Assembly (NCBI GenBank): GCA_050230475.1
Contig: JBFLGF010000187.1
Span: 1-56,239 of the forward strand
DNA length: 56,239 nt
Direction of reading: 5' to 3'
Source of the DNA: Ancylonema sp.
Taxonomy: Eukaryota
The position numbers and the translations under genes were made by a program. Shown here in pieces: positions 54,986 to 56,239 of the stretch. Positions within the stretch are counted from its first letter, which is position 1; the number at the start of each line of letters is the position of its first letter. The notes under the pieces are model-generated. The model worked only from the letters and a program-made list of their open reading frames with translations, searched no databases and was not told where the DNA came from.

Positions 54986-55309
54986 ATCAATAATATATCA
55001 TTGTGAACGGATCGTATTCCATCACTAGCAATGTCGAACACCTATCATCTAGCATAGGTGTTCATAAAAAAAGAATGTTGTTGCCAAGGTATTCATCAAA
55101 TGATATATCATTTTCGTTTTTTTTTTAAAACTTCTTCCTTTTCCATTTCATCCATCTTTTTCCAAGTACATGATAATCCCATCTCTCTATGGAAAGTCCA
55201 AAAATCTATACATGAAACATATTGAATCATTTCTTTTAATGTCTGCATCCTAGATTTGAAATCTTTAGAATGCATTTTTACATCACTACCTTGTTTGTTC
55301 TTACTCATA

Positions 55310-56239
55310 GGTTGTTTTTTTTTTTTTGTTCTTGCATACGAATCTCTAGTATGTTTGCATTATTTTCATTTTTCACCAATCCCTCATTTTGATTTCTTAT
55401 GAGCTTAACAAATGAGTGTTAATATTGATACATTCATATATAGTGTTACATGTTTGAATATAATATTCTCCCCCTGCCCCCCATCCATGACCTAGGAAGA
55501 ATTCTTATGTATCCACAAGAAGAAACCCGTAATAAAAAGATGAATGAATGGATAACATCCAAACAAAATACCTCAAACACGTTACATTTTTTTTTTTTCT
55601 GAGGACAAAAATAAATCTCTAGAATTACTCACATGATTTCTCAGCACCTCATAATAAACCAAATTTGTTTTTTGTGTCACTATAATAAATTGAGTATCAT
55701 AATCACGTCATTGTCGACTTTGTCATGGACCGAAACCTTTCATTTATTTATATTTGTATTTATCCAACATCACTCGTCCAATCCAAAAAGAAACTAACAC
55801 TTGACCTCTGTTTTCTCCGAGGAGCCTTTTTCTAGAAGGATGTGGATTGTCGCATGCAGTGTCGATTGTTGTGTAAGCATGTATCAAACCATGAACGTTT
55901 ATTGACGTGCAGATATCTTTATAACAACAACCTGAGTGGGGCCATTCCGTCAAGCATTGGGAACCTTGTCAACCTTGCCGACTTGTGAGTTTTGTTGTGC
56001 GGTTGTTCATGGGCCTCCTCGGTTGTTTTTTTGTTCTTGAATACGAATCTTTCGTATGTTTTAAAATAATTTCCATTTTTCAAATTTCCAATTAAATTTC
56101 CACCATTTTTTTTTTAAACCTCGTTAACATTGATTTATTATCAAATATATTATACCCCTAGCCCCCCATCCGTAACCATAGAAGCACGCTTACGTATCCT
56201 CAATTAGAAATCCATTTTGAAAAATAACAAACGAGTAAT
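55310..56239. repeat. Diverged direct repeats ~700 bp apart flanking an LRR exon
   Basis: GGTTGTTTTTT..GTTCTTG(C/A)ATACGAATCT..GTATGTTT at ~55310 and ~56021. CCCCT(A)GCCCCCCATCC...TA(T/C)GTATCC at ~55470 and ~56156. Confidence 0.75.
55913..55984 (+). CDS. Single 72-nt plant-type leucine-rich-repeat exon (partial gene)
   Basis: TGCAG|A TAT CTT TAT AAC AAC AAC CTG AGT GGG GCC ATT CCG TCA AGC ATT GGG AAC CTT GTC AAC CTT GCC GAC TT|GTGAGT = xYLYNNNLSGAIPSSIGNLVNLAD(L). Exactly 24 codons, phase 2-2. Confidence 0.85.

Overview
Eukaryotic nuclear DNA from a green plant. Land-plant-like gene families, GT-AG introns with long G/C runs, plant telomere-variant repeats and a plastid rRNA fragment suggest a streptophyte alga (inference). 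The central part holds seven multi-exon genes reconstructed by hand from splice sites and protein motifs: glutamate-1-semialdehyde aminotransferase (GSA, +), an unknown gene (-), organellar threonyl-tRNA synthetase (+), a DDT/WHIM/WSD chromatin protein (-), CWC25 (-), a GT47/exostosin glycosyltransferase (+) and a SEC14/CRAL-TRIO protein (+). The flanks are piles of mobile DNA. These include a 2.1-kb TA-flanked TIR element carrying a 63-bp tandem array, a 4.25-kb copia-type LTR element with only gag and protease and a half-tRNA-type PBS, a family of CATAG-ended elements with 8-bp TSDs (one inserted in inverted orientation into a sibling), and a second, internally deleted copia element. The most notable observations are an in-frame TAG at a conserved Tyr in an otherwise intact GSA gene, a plastid 16S rRNA segment filling most of one SEC14 intron, and a lone 72-nt LRR exon between duplicated intronic repeats. 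Gene models come from manual reading only; no database searches were run.
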